Origin: a virus
Lineage: Duplodnaviria; Caudoviricetes
Reading direction: 5' to 3' (one strand)
DNA length: 64,000 bases
IMG/VR virus record: IMGVR_UViG_3300037743_000134
Coordinates: 1-64,000 of that record
Positions 46,605 through 56,961 of this stretch are shown here, piece after piece. The notes below the pieces were generated by a model that saw only the letters and a list, made by a program, of their open reading frames with translations, did no database searches and had not been told where the DNA came from. Every line of letters starts with the position of its first letter. The first letter of the stretch is position 1. A program made the position numbers and the translations under genes.

Positions 46605-46762
46605 GGGAGTCACCTTCCTGTGGGCGTGGGCCTCACCGGTGTGAACGACCGGCGGGGCCCTTTCGTTAGGGGCTCGTACGCAGGAGGCATGGTCGATCTT
46701 CCCCTGCCGCGCAACCGCTGCGCGCCTGAGCAGCGAACTTTCAGCACGAATACGGGTGTTGC

Positions 46763-47548
46763 GTGTCCCTCTGGCTCAGAATTTATCAGCACCTTTTGCC
46801 GTCAGGTTCCGCCTGGCGCATCACGATCGCGAAGACGCTGCGCTCGTTTTTCGAGGGTCTGCAGGAGGGTCCGGACGAGGCCAAGGACTTCGTTGACGGT
46901 GTCTACGGCGATGCGTTTCCCGAGACGACGCGCGAGCTCGCCGAGTGGGAGAAACAATTCGGACTCGACGCTACCGGCAACGAGGCAGCACGTCGTGTCG
47001 CGCTTGCCGCAGCATGGGCGGCGCAGGGCGGACAGTCGCCGCGCTACCTGCAGGACATGGTGCAGGCCGCTGGGTTCACCACGCTCTTCATCCACGAGTG
47101 GTGGTCGAGCGGTCCGAATCCGTACGTAGCGCGTGACCCTCGCGACTACACGACGCAACCGCTGATCGGTAGCGTGCAGTGCGCAGGCGATGCATTCCAG
47201 TTTGCCGGTCAGCCGCAGTGCACGGGTTTCGACGGCAACGGGATTCCGCTAGACGGGCAGCCGCAGTGCAATGCTTTCCTGGCAAACAACCCGGGCTACC
47301 TCGTCAACAAAGATCTAACTCCGCGCGCGCCGCCGCCGGTACCAGACGATCCCGATTACTGGCCCTACTTTCTCTACTGGGGCGGCGAGACGTTTCCAGA
47401 TCGCATTAGCATCCCGCTCGAGCAGCGCGACGCGCTCGAGAAGCTGCTGCTGAAACTCTGCCCGATGCAGCAGTGGCTCGTGCTGCTCGTCGACTACGAG
47501 GCCGGCGCTGGCATCTTCGACGACACGTTCGACTTCACGTTCAACTGA
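46763..47548 (+). CDS. Baseplate protein (Mu gp48/YmfQ-like)
   Basis: HLLPSG.AW...FP.TT..L.EWE.QFGL...GGQSP.Y....LL.LCP. Confidence 0.85.
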   Translation: MSLWLRIYQHLLPSGSAWRITIAKTLRSFFEGLQEGPDEAKDFVDGVYGDAFPETTRELAEWEKQFGLDATGNEAARRVALAAAWAAQGGQSPRYLQDMVQAAGFTTLFIHEWWSSGPNPYVARDPRDYTTQPLIGSVQCAGDAFQFAGQPQCTGFDGNGIPLDGQPQCNAFLANNPGYLVNKDLTPRAPPPVPDDPDYWPYFLYWGGETFPDRISIPLEQRDALEKLLLKLCPMQQWLVLLVDYEAGAGIFDDTFDFTFN

Positions 47549-47562
47549 CCGAGTAACACACC

Positions 47563-49026
47563 ATGACCGTTGTTGACCGCGACGCAGCGCAAGCATCTGC
47601 GATTCAGATCCGCGACGAGACCGGGACTGCGCTTAACACCGCGACCCGTGTCGGCACGGCGTTTCTGAATCTCGCCGACTCGTGCCTATTCAGTGGCGCA
47701 GCTGCGGATCTAGAAGATCGCACGATCACGGTAGAGTCGGTAGGCACCGGCGCTGCCGCCGGCCTCGTCATCCACAACCCGACCGCGGCAGGCGTAGGCG
47801 CGCCGCAATACTCGCCCGGCCTCGTGCTCCAAGGCGAGGGCTGGGAGACAACCGGTGGCACCCGCCGCGAGGTGTACGCGCGGCCGCAGGTCCGCGGCAT
47901 TCAGGGCGCGAGCGTCGTGCCGCAGTGGGCGCTGGCACTTGGCTCAGCAGCCGAGGGAACGACGCCGGACGCAGCCTCGCTGACGACTCGTCTGGTATTC
48001 GACCAGACGCAGCTGACGCTGACGACCGACCCCGCGTTCATCGTTTCCTTTGCCGGGTTCGTTGTCCTCAAAACGCAGTCCGGCAACGACCTGATCATCG
48101 GCTCCGCCGGCAACGGGCCCGAGACGATCGTGCTCGACACGCTCGACAACACCGGCACGATCTCGCTGAACATCGGCGGCGTCACCGGGCTGCTGTTAGA
48201 CGAGACTACCGCGGATTTTCAGGACAATGCGATCGTCACGACGGGTAATCTTGATCTAGGTATCGCCAGCAAGATTCGTTTCGGCGCGACGCCTATCGAT
48301 GCGATTTTTGCGGACGGTAGCGACAATCTTCTCATCGGCAAATCTGGCGCGAACGGCGTCACCGCGATTGGCTACGACGTAAAGACGGGCGGGTCGCATA
48401 TCTTCAGAGTCAATGCGGTTGATCAACTGACGATTGGCGGCACGACGGTCGACGCGCAGAACAACGACATCGTCACGACGGGCAACGTCACAGCGGCGAA
48501 CCTTGTCGCCTCGGCCAACCTCGCCCTTGGCGCTGCGAGTGTAATCACATTTGACTCGACGCCTACTGGAACGCCGATAGCGGCGATGTTCACGGATACC
48601 GCAGAGAATCTGTATCTCGGCAGCGCGGGCGCGAACGGCGCAACGTCGATCATCTACAACGTCAAGACGGGCGGGGCGCACAGTTTCTTCGTCAACGGCG
48701 TCGGCACGGGAACGCACAACGAGAACGGTCTATTCCTGAACGGCTTCGCGCTGGAGCTTTCCGCGGGCGTGAACGTCAACGCCAGGATCATCGGCAACGG
48801 CGAGGCGATGATCGGCCTCAACATCGCGGCCAGCGGCGTGCGGAATCTGGCGTTGTTCAACGACGGCAGCGCTGGCATGCAGTCGATGGACGGTGGTGTC
48901 TACATCGCGAATGCGGTCGCCGCCCCGACCGGCAATCCGAGCAGCGGCGGGTATCTGTACGTCGAGGCCGGCGAGCTCAAATACCGCGGGCCGAGCGGCG
49001 CGATCACATCAGTGGGAGCAGCATAA
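47563..49026 (+). CDS. Tail fibre-like structural protein with internal repeats
   Basis: Beta-rich; repeated GANG.T.I.Y.VKTGG.H.F.VN unit; C-terminal GGYLYVEAGELKYRG. Confidence 0.65.
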   Translation: MTVVDRDAAQASAIQIRDETGTALNTATRVGTAFLNLADSCLFSGAAADLEDRTITVESVGTGAAAGLVIHNPTAAGVGAPQYSPGLVLQGEGWETTGGTRREVYARPQVRGIQGASVVPQWALALGSAAEGTTPDAASLTTRLVFDQTQLTLTTDPAFIVSFAGFVVLKTQSGNDLIIGSAGNGPETIVLDTLDNTGTISLNIGGVTGLLLDETTADFQDNAIVTTGNLDLGIASKIRFGATPIDAIFADGSDNLLIGKSGANGVTAIGYDVKTGGSHIFRVNAVDQLTIGGTTVDAQNNDIVTTGNVTAANLVASANLALGAASVITFDSTPTGTPIAAMFTDTAENLYLGSAGANGATSIIYNVKTGGAHSFFVNGVGTGTHNENGLFLNGFALELSAGVNVNARIIGNGEAMIGLNIAASGVRNLALFNDGSAGMQSMDGGVYIANAVAAPTGNPSSGGYLYVEAGELKYRGPSGAITSVGAA

Positions 49027-49690
49027 TGGCCGCAGGTGACGTAAGAAACGCGAGCACCAAGAGAGCACGCCCGCAAACAACCGACGACACGCCGACCGTC
49101 GTGTCCGCGTTGACGTACGCAAGCGTCCCGGATCTGACGTTGGTCGGCGTGCTTATTACCGGCGTTGCGCAGCGCACGGACGCGCCGGGCCTCGGAGCTT
49201 TCTACATCCACCATCGAGCTCGCGCTCGACGCTACGACGCTGACGGAACCGATCCGGGTTTAGTCGTGCTGTCGGGCGCAGACGACACACTAAACGTTAC
49301 GGTTGGCGCCGGGACATATGCGATCGCCGTCATCGTCAGCACAAACGATCTGCAAGTGCAGATCACAGGTGACCCAGGGGAAACCCTGCGCTGGATCTTG
49401 AAGGTCGAATACGAGTTAGTCGAGGAGACAGTCGACGTGGCGGCGGCGTGATCGCGAGCAGACAAGGCAAGGGAAAAACCATGCAACCAAAACCACCGAT
49501 GCTTCTCCTCCCGCAACCGGTAGCGCAAGCGCTGGTGAACTACCTGCAGGAGCAGCCGTTCAAACACGTGCACCAGCTCATCGGCGCGCTGATGCAGCTG
49601 CAGCCTGCGCCGGAGCCAGCCGCGAAATCCGAGCCCGCCAACGGCGCCGAGAAACCTGCGGACGAGCAGGCCGAGGCGTCGGCGAACTGA
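49026..49690 (+). CDS. Two small tail-associated proteins (49026-49451, 49481-49690)
   Basis: Coupled ORFs in the fibre region; the second has a V..L...PFKHVHQLI pattern. Confidence 0.55.
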
Positions 49691-49713
49691 CCACGCTTTA
49701 GAAAACCAATCCC

Positions 49714-51912
49714 ATGGCACTGATCAACGATCCGGACGACCTATTCCAGGGCGCGACCACGGCCGTCACGGACGCCGTTTGGGGCACTCCTGCCGGCATG
49801 GTCGTCGCCATTACGTCGGCTGGCGCTGGCCTGCCTGCTACCGCGGCGGGCGACTTCTTCGAGGTCCGCGACCACAGCCAAGCAGTCAATAACGGGCTCT
49901 ACCAGGAGAGCGGTGGCACACCGACGACGAGTTCGATCACAGCGACGAAGGTCAGCGGCTCGGCGCCCGTTGCGGCGGGCTCCGAAGCCGTAACGACGCT
50001 CGGCAACACGACGACGAAGAAAAACATTTTCTACGACACCGCTGCTCGGCGTGTGTACCTCGTCGAGCAAAATGGACTCAGCGCGGACGGTGTGCTTGGG
50101 CAAACCGTCTACAGCAAGATGATGATCGACTGGAAGGACGACGCCTTCCTGATCGCGAATGCCCCGTTTCCGATGCTGTGCATCGACGCCGACGCCGGCA
50201 AGTACCTGATCGGCACGGACGCCTCGGGCAATTTCAGCGGCTGGAACTGGGCCGACAATCCGACGCACTCGATCCGTACGCGCAAGCTGCTGCGCTCGAT
50301 GGGCTGGAGCGAGGTCGACGCCAATGGGATTGTCAAAGCGATCTATCCCGGCATCGTATCGCTGGGATCGTTCGAGGATCCAACGAACGACCTCGCGTAT
50401 TACCAGTTCGGCAACGATACGACGGTCAACGACACGGTCGACTTCGATTTCGCCGGACCCGTCAACGAGGCGATCAAAACCTTCGAAGAAATCGGCAACC
50501 CGCCGACGTGCACTTTCGCAACGTCCAGCACGATCACTCGCGCGTCGGGCTCGTTCGTCACGGACGGGTACAAAGTCGGCGGTCGCGTCACGGTACGCGG
50601 GTCGTCGACCAACGACGGCACGTATCTGTTGACTGCAGTTGCGGCTACTACGCTGACCGTAACAGGGACGCCATTCGACACGGGCGCGGACGCGGCCGCG
50701 CAGCTCGCTGTCGACAACCTCAACGCCGTGACGTTGCGTCTGCGCATTCGCGACGCCGACCCGAACGGCAAGACGTTTAGCCAAGCAAACCTGGCGTCCG
50801 GCGGCGAAACCGTCCTGAGTAACCGGCTCTTCAAGTTCCCGCTGGCAAACGCAACCGACCTCAAGATCGAAGCCAGCGACGCCACGATCGACGGCAGCGC
50901 GCCCTACACGGGCATGTCGATCACGTACTACGCGACGCCGCAATCACTCGGCGGCAGCGGCGTCCTCGTCGGCGGCCCGTACAATTTCGGGATCGTAATC
51001 GACGCGAACGACGGCACGAATCAAGAAGTCTACGAATGGATCCAGCGCCAGCTACGTAAGTCGACGGACATCGACGCCGACGCGGACGTCGGCATCGGCC
51101 GCACGCTGGACGGCTTGATGCGTTTCGTTGGCGAGCAGCTCGAAGTCGGTAGCGCGGACGGCGGCTTGTCGTTCCCGACGAACCCGGACGGCGGCGGCTC
51201 CGGCGTTTTCATCTCGAATCTGAACGCCGCGAGCAAAAACTTTACGAGCTTCTACGACAACACGCCGGCCGTACGTTTCTTCCCGGTCAGCGTACCCGTT
51301 ACGCTCGATTTCAACGTGACGCTCGAGGGCGATACGCTCGCCAAGTTTACGCTCTTTTTCGACCGCACGATTCGCACGTCCGTGACAGACCTCGTTATCA
51401 CCGCGGGCACGGGTGCGAACGGGACAATCACGAGTGCCGGCAGCAACCTCCCAAACAATGCGGAGCTGACCGCGGGCGACTACGTGCGCATCGTGGGACT
51501 CACGGGCGGCAACGCCGCAATGAATGGCATCTACCAGATCACGACGGAGACCACGCCGGGCGCATCGTGGGCGGTCACGCGCTACGACGGCACGACCATC
51601 ACGACTACGTCGTCCGCTACGGCGAATGTGGACCAGCATCCCGTTGACTCACCGGACGCGATCATCGTGAATGATGACCTGGCCGCCGATGTGACCGGTC
51701 TAATCAGTGGCACCGACTTTAGCTTCTCGTTCGACTATTCCAACAACGTACAAGGCGGGCGCACGTCAAATACGGATGCACAGGTGCTGTGCAAAGCGAT
51801 CGGGCAGGAATCGGCGCAGTACGCGCAGAGCACGGTGCAGACGATTCAGTCGGGCGTTGCTCTGACGATACCCGTGGTCGCGCAAACCGAGCGCAACTTC
51901 GCCAATCCATGA
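49714..51912 (+). CDS. Large Thr/Gly-rich virion structural protein (732 aa)
   Basis: Beta-rich composition, high-GC codon pattern, located in the tail operon. Confidence 0.65.
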   Translation: MALINDPDDLFQGATTAVTDAVWGTPAGMVVAITSAGAGLPATAAGDFFEVRDHSQAVNNGLYQESGGTPTTSSITATKVSGSAPVAAGSEAVTTLGNTTTKKNIFYDTAARRVYLVEQNGLSADGVLGQTVYSKMMIDWKDDAFLIANAPFPMLCIDADAGKYLIGTDASGNFSGWNWADNPTHSIRTRKLLRSMGWSEVDANGIVKAIYPGIVSLGSFEDPTNDLAYYQFGNDTTVNDTVDFDFAGPVNEAIKTFEEIGNPPTCTFATSSTITRASGSFVTDGYKVGGRVTVRGSSTNDGTYLLTAVAATTLTVTGTPFDTGADAAAQLAVDNLNAVTLRLRIRDADPNGKTFSQANLASGGETVLSNRLFKFPLANATDLKIEASDATIDGSAPYTGMSITYYATPQSLGGSGVLVGGPYNFGIVIDANDGTNQEVYEWIQRQLRKSTDIDADADVGIGRTLDGLMRFVGEQLEVGSADGGLSFPTNPDGGGSGVFISNLNAASKNFTSFYDNTPAVRFFPVSVPVTLDFNVTLEGDTLAKFTLFFDRTIRTSVTDLVITAGTGANGTITSAGSNLPNNAELTAGDYVRIVGLTGGNAAMNGIYQITTETTPGASWAVTRYDGTTITTTSSATANVDQHPVDSPDAIIVNDDLAADVTGLISGTDFSFSFDYSNNVQGGRTSNTDAQVLCKAIGQESAQYAQSTVQTIQSGVALTIPVVAQTERNFANP

Positions 51913-52358
51913 TGCGCGACTCCGTCGGCATCTGCTACGCCTACTCGACGCACGGTTACTACCGCACGCAGTGGCTCTGCAATGTCACGGCATTTGCTCC
52001 GACGCTGACTTTCGAGCGCGGACTTCCAGACGACGTTGCGAATCCCGAGGGCATCATATCGGTGCGTACCGCCGAGGACCTGCCGCGCGATCACGAGCTC
52101 GTCGTGCTCTCGCCGCTCACGGCTCGCATTGTTCGCCCGACGATTGCGCTGCAAGACTTCGAGCACCCGGCGCGCGCGGTCTATCTGTTCGGCTCCGACA
52201 TGACGTTTCTAAGCGAGGTCGAGCTCGGCGGGCGTGTGCCGGATCACGTGGTCTATGTGCCAGTGGCGAGCCAACGCGAGTGCGACGAGGTCTACTCGTT
52301 CGTGATCGGCGCGCTCGTGCTCTATGACCGCTCGCAGAGGCGCTCGTGGCGATCCTAG
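51909..52358 (+). CDS. SPOUT (SpoU/TrmH-like) methyltransferase-fold protein
   Basis: LQDFEHPARAVYLFGSD...DHVVYVP......GALVLYDR matches the C-terminal knot region of SpoU-family proteins. Confidence 0.65.
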   Translation: MMRDSVGICYAYSTHGYYRTQWLCNVTAFAPTLTFERGLPDDVANPEGIISVRTAEDLPRDHELVVLSPLTARIVRPTIALQDFEHPARAVYLFGSDMTFLSEVELGGRVPDHVVYVPVASQRECDEVYSFVIGALVLYDRSQRRSWRS

Positions 52359-53974
52359 ACAACCGCACGCTGATCAACGCGGCCGACGCAACGACGAACT
52401 GGACGAACGTTGCCGGCGTGGCGGCGGGCGTGCTCGACGTCGACACGTTCACGCAGGGCACCGGATCTATCACGTTCAATCTTACGAGCGCTATCGAGGG
52501 ACTGCTATACAACATCGGCTCCACGGTCGACCTCACGGGTCAGCACATCTATGTGTGGTTCAACTGCGCAATCGCTGGCAAGCTGGACACTCAGGCTGGC
52601 GGAGGCGTGCGTGTGCGATTCGCCGGGCCCACCGCCACGAACTTTTTCGAGGTGTTCGTCGCGGGCTCGGACACGTACACGGGCGGGTGGAAAATGTTCG
52701 TGGTCGACGTCGACGCGGCGGCGGCTGCGCCGGACGCCACGGGCGGCACGCCGCCTGCCAAGACCGCGATTCAGCGTGTCGGGGTTGTCGGCGATACAGC
52801 CGGTTTCATGTCGAAAAAGGCCGACAACTTCTGGGTAGACGCGATCTGGCGTCTGCCCGCGAGCACGCCCGGAATTCGCGTCGAGGGTCGCAACACGGGC
52901 CCGGTGGACTGGACTTGGTCGGACATCCTCGCCGCGTCCGTAGCGGGAGGCTGGGGGACATGTGTGCCAGGTCCCGGCGGATCGTTCGTCGTCAACACGC
53001 CGATCCGGTTCGGCGCAAACGACGCGGTCGCGCACGGCTTCGACGACGCCAACGTCATCGTACTGTGGGACAACCAGCCCGTAGCGGCAACGCTATACGG
53101 ATTCGAAATCGTCGGCGGCAGCAGCACTCAGTCATTCCGCGCGGGCGTCAAAACGGGCACGGGCGACGACGCAACGGGCGGGCAGGGTTGGGTTATCGCG
53201 GCAGACGCGGACGGCGCGCGCTGGTACCTCGACGCAGACGATGCCAACATCGACGCCTGCCAGCTCTACGGCTGCGTTTTTCAGCACGGCGCCGCATTCG
53301 AGCTCGACAAATCATCCAATGAAACCATCTCGTGCCAGTTCGTCGACTGCTCAAGCGCGCGCGTCGACAACTCGCTCTTTCTCCGCTGCAACGTCATCGA
53401 CGCCAGCACAACGGACGGGAATCCGTTTCTCACGACGGACGACCTGGGCGACGTACGGTTTTGCTCGTTTGAATTCAGCGACGGACACGCTGTGCTGCTG
53501 ACAACGCCGCTCGTCACGCCGCAGACCAGCAAGGGCAATCTCTTCACCGGCTACGGCGGCACGCCCGGATCCAACGGCACACCGTCGAGTGGCTCCAACG
53601 ACGCGGCAATCCACAACAACGCCAGCGGCGCGATCACGATCAACGTCACAACCGGCGGCAGCACGCCATCGGTGCGTAACGGCGCGAGTTCCACAACCGT
53701 CGTCAATAGCAACGTTGCGGTCACCGTCACGCCGCTTGCTACGGGCTCAGAGGTCCGCGTGTATCTGACGGGTACGAGCACCGAGGTGGACGGCATCGAG
53801 AGCAGCACAGGATCATCGTTCACGTTCAGCGTGGGATCGGGCGTCGCTGTGGACGTCATCGTGCTCAACTACAGCCCCCCAAAGATCCCCGTGCGCATTC
53901 AAAATGTGAGCTTCGCCGCGGACCAGAACCTCAATCCATTTCAGCGCAACGACGTGAACTTCGTGAACCCGTGA
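52346..53974 (+). CDS. Structural protein with beta-helix-like segment (possible tailspike)
   Basis: Periodic Cys/hydrophobic pattern (CQFVDCSS, CNVID, CSFEFS); C-terminal Ig-like region. Confidence 0.55.
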   Translation: MAILDNRTLINAADATTNWTNVAGVAAGVLDVDTFTQGTGSITFNLTSAIEGLLYNIGSTVDLTGQHIYVWFNCAIAGKLDTQAGGGVRVRFAGPTATNFFEVFVAGSDTYTGGWKMFVVDVDAAAAAPDATGGTPPAKTAIQRVGVVGDTAGFMSKKADNFWVDAIWRLPASTPGIRVEGRNTGPVDWTWSDILAASVAGGWGTCVPGPGGSFVVNTPIRFGANDAVAHGFDDANVIVLWDNQPVAATLYGFEIVGGSSTQSFRAGVKTGTGDDATGGQGWVIAADADGARWYLDADDANIDACQLYGCVFQHGAAFELDKSSNETISCQFVDCSSARVDNSLFLRCNVIDASTTDGNPFLTTDDLGDVRFCSFEFSDGHAVLLTTPLVTPQTSKGNLFTGYGGTPGSNGTPSSGSNDAAIHNNASGAITINVTTGGSTPSVRNGASSTTVVNSNVAVTVTPLATGSEVRVYLTGTSTEVDGIESSTGSSFTFSVGSGVAVDVIVLNYSPPKIPVRIQNVSFAADQNLNPFQRNDVNFVNP

Positions 53975-53977
53975 CCC

Positions 53978-55594
53978 ATGGCCGACGTCGTCACATTCGA
54001 TCCGGATAACCTCCGCATCATCGAGATCAGCGCGGGCGGCGATAACGAGCTCAGCGTCGTCGAGATATATAGCGAATGGAAGGACTGGTTGCTCGCAGAT
54101 CCCGCACGCCTCGCCTATCCGCAGGCCATGCGCTACGTGGGCGGCGACGCGATCAGTCCCACACAAGACCTCGGCTCGACGTTCTTCCTGCTGAACGGCT
54201 GGCGCATCCGACCCGCGGAACTCACACACAAGCTGACGCTCGTTGGGAATCTGTTCACCGATCCGGCGGGTGAGAGCGTGTTCGTTCCGACACTCGCCGC
54301 GTTCAACGTCAACACGGAGACGCGCGTTTCCAATCTCGTGGACGCGGTCCTCGTCAATTCGGCTGAGATCCAGTTCGCCAGTTTTGAAAACACAGTTGCG
54401 GTCGACGTAACGTCCGTGTTCTCTGGCGCGAGCTACCCCAATGGAACGCGCCGGCAACCCGTCAACAACATGACCGACGCGCTCGCGATCGCCCAGGCGC
54501 GCGGGATCGGGTCGTTTCTGATCCTATCGAGCATGACGCTGACAGGTGTCGACGTCTCCGAGATGGTGCTCGACGGTCTCAACCATGGTGTGACGCTTAC
54601 CGTGGATGCATCGGCGGACGTCCAGAATTGCGGGTTCAACAATCTTACGCTTCAGGGCACGTTCGACGGCGCAACGCACGTGCGGGACTGCTTCGTTATG
54701 GATGTGGACATCATCCATGGGCATTTGACGCGGTGCTCGTTGATGGGCGCAATAGCTCTGAGCGGCACCGGCGATCTGCTCATCGACAATTGCATCGACG
54801 GCATGCCAGGGCTCGGCGTTCCGTCCGTGGACTGTGGCGGCGCGGGTAGCTCACTGAATATACGCGGCTACCATGGAGGCATCGCGCTCACGAATAAGAC
54901 CGGGGCAGAGGATTTCTCAATCGACTTGGTAGGGCGCGTACTTCTCGATGCCACGATAACGGGCGGCTCGATCATCATTCGCGGCATCGGCCACATCGAG
55001 CTCAACAGCGCAACCGCTACGATAATCGATTCGGACCTCGTCAACCCGGCGCTCGTTGCGGCGGAGACCGACACTGTACTGACGACCGCGCACGGCACCG
55101 GCTCGTGGCAGAGCGGCGCGGGCGGACTCACGGTGCAAGACATCGTCGACGGCGTCCTCGATGAGCCGACGGCGTCGCATCTGGCAGCCGGCAGCGTCGG
55201 CGAAAACGTCAACCGTCTCGATGCTGCGGTTACCTCGCGCAGCTCACATACAGCCAACAACGTGCGCGACTCAATCCTGAGCGACTCGACACCGTTTCAG
55301 GGTGCGCGTATCGACGCCGCCGTCAGCTCGCGAGCGGCGCCCGGTGCCGAGATGGCGTTGACATCGACGGCCGTTGCCGGTGCCGTGCTTGCGATTTGGG
55401 CGCGCGTGATATCTGGCACCACGACCGTCGAGCAAGCGATTGACGAGCTGCACAAGCTGCGTGGGCTTGATCCTGATAACCCGCTGCTCGTCGACAAAAC
55501 GAATCAGCGCATGCGCGTTCCATACGACGGCTCGATTATCGACATTCAGGGCACGCCCGATGGCGACGACGAAACGTTCCAGCGTCTGACCTAG
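53978..55594 (+). CDS. Structural protein with beta-helix-like central region
   Basis: N-terminal YSEWKDW...GGD...FFL.NGWRIRP block; GT..QPVNN..DA..IA lead-in to helix-like repeats. Confidence 0.6.
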   Translation: MADVVTFDPDNLRIIEISAGGDNELSVVEIYSEWKDWLLADPARLAYPQAMRYVGGDAISPTQDLGSTFFLLNGWRIRPAELTHKLTLVGNLFTDPAGESVFVPTLAAFNVNTETRVSNLVDAVLVNSAEIQFASFENTVAVDVTSVFSGASYPNGTRRQPVNNMTDALAIAQARGIGSFLILSSMTLTGVDVSEMVLDGLNHGVTLTVDASADVQNCGFNNLTLQGTFDGATHVRDCFVMDVDIIHGHLTRCSLMGAIALSGTGDLLIDNCIDGMPGLGVPSVDCGGAGSSLNIRGYHGGIALTNKTGAEDFSIDLVGRVLLDATITGGSIIIRGIGHIELNSATATIIDSDLVNPALVAAETDTVLTTAHGTGSWQSGAGGLTVQDIVDGVLDEPTASHLAAGSVGENVNRLDAAVTSRSSHTANNVRDSILSDSTPFQGARIDAAVSSRAAPGAEMALTSTAVAGAVLAIWARVISGTTTVEQAIDELHKLRGLDPDNPLLVDKTNQRMRVPYDGSIIDIQGTPDGDDETFQRLT

Positions 55595-55603
55595 CCGTAG
55601 CCC

Positions 55604-55924
55604 ATGGCATTCACGATTGGCAGTGCTGGATTGCTCGGCGTTTCGCCGTTCACGACTTTCACGGACGGTTACCTACTCGGCGACGCGGATCTGGTCGACG
55701 ACGTTCCGTTTCTCGACTTCCCGGCTGTCTCAGTCTCCGCACTCGCCAGCATGGCGGCGTCCAGCACGGCAACTGCAACGGCTGGCAGCGTGCTCTCGCC
55801 AGAGGCAACCGCGGCAGGCGTGACCGTCGCACCCGCCACGATCGCCGCAAGCACACTCAAGCCTAGCGCTGCGTCAGCGTCCGCTGCCGTTCGCACTGCG
55901 TCCGCCACAAGCAAGCTCATCTAA
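55604..55924 (+). CDS. Small Ala/Thr/Ser-rich structural protein
   Basis: Coupled ORF in the tail region. Confidence 0.5.
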   Translation: MAFTIGSAGLLGVSPFTTFTDGYLLGDADLVDDVPFLDFPAVSVSALASMAASSTATATAGSVLSPEATAAGVTVAPATIAASTLKPSAASASAAVRTASATSKLI

Positions 55925-56961
55925 TGGCCGTCTACCAAATCTTTCGCGGCGACACGCGCCGACTCAATCACGCCGTTACGCGACGTGACGAGGACGGTGT
56001 CGCGCAGGCTGAGAATTTGGCCGGCGCGTCGCTGCTGTTTACGGCCAAACGGAACAAGTCGGACACATACGCGCAGGCGATCATCAAGAAAACGACGGCC
56101 GTTGACGAAGGAATCACGATCACCGACAGCGCAGGCGGCCTTGCGCAGACGTTGATCCTGCCCGAGGACACGGTCGGGCTGACCGCACGCACCGTGCTTT
56201 TCTACGACCTCGAATTGCAGACGGCACTCAATGAGGTTGAGACGGTCGAGTACGGAACGATCATCGTCGAGCTTGATATCACCGACTCGACCAGCCCCGT
56301 CGGCCCACCCGCCGCGCCGCCCGATCCGATAACGCCTGGCGTGTTCCTGCAGCACGATGGGACGTCGCAAGTCTGGAGCACGTGGACGCTACCCGAGGTC
56401 GCGCCGCTTGTCGGCGACATCAACAAGGTGCTCACCGTTACCGCTGCAGGCGTGGTGACGGCGCAGTCGCCGGCAGCCCAGCTCACCGCCCCCGCAAACC
56501 CCGCCGACGACGACAAATACGCGATCGCGTCCGGCGGCGACCTGGTCTACCTGGCCAAACAGGCGCCGCTAATAATCTCATTCGGCGCGGTCGGCGTGAT
56601 CAACGGCACGGGGTACATGTTTCCCGGCGGCGCCGATAGCGTCTCGGTGCAGCAGAGTGCGACGAGCACGCAGGAGTACCCGATGCCATTCGCCGGCACG
56701 GTGCTCGGGTTTTACGTGATCCACAACACGCCCGCCGGCTCGAGCAGCGTCGTCTATACCGCCGAGCTCGATCAGATCGCGCAGGCCATGACGGCAACGC
56801 TGGCGAGCAACTCTGCTGGGCCCACCGCCGGGACGACGTTTTCGAATCCATTTGCATTCACGGCGGGACAGCGCGTTCGTGTCTCGGCGCAGACGACGGC
56901 GAACGTGACGAATCGTCCATTCGTTGCGCTTGCCGTGCGCGTTGCGTTGGTGAATCCGTAG
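55924..56961 (+). CDS. BppU-like N-terminal domain protein with C-terminal beta domain
   Basis: IFRGDT..L...NL.GA.LLFTAK...GITITD..GG....LFYDLEL...VET...G.I.V..DIT. Confidence 0.65.
   Translation: MAVYQIFRGDTRRLNHAVTRRDEDGVAQAENLAGASLLFTAKRNKSDTYAQAIIKKTTAVDEGITITDSAGGLAQTLILPEDTVGLTARTVLFYDLELQTALNEVETVEYGTIIVELDITDSTSPVGPPAAPPDPITPGVFLQHDGTSQVWSTWTLPEVAPLVGDINKVLTVTAAGVVTAQSPAAQLTAPANPADDDKYAIASGGDLVYLAKQAPLIISFGAVGVINGTGYMFPGGADSVSVQQSATSTQEYPMPFAGTVLGFYVIHNTPAGSSSVVYTAELDQIAQAMTATLASNSAGPTAGTTFSNPFAFTAGQRVRVSAQTTANVTNRPFVALAVRVALVNP

Noticed and set aside
46620-47129. ORF with AGGAGG near ATG 46688
   Set aside because: SD-start spacing is only 1 nt and the ORF overlaps the gp48-like gene out of frame with no recognisable product
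27011-47548. Stand-alone tailocin or extracellular contractile injection system
   Set aside because: Complete head, packaging, replication and integration modules are present, so this is a phage tail
44814-56961. Diversity-generating retroelement or invertible tail-fibre cassette
   Set aside because: No reverse transcriptase, no template/variable repeat pair differing at adenines, no serine invertase and no inverted fibre segment; internal fibre repeats are diverged at all base types
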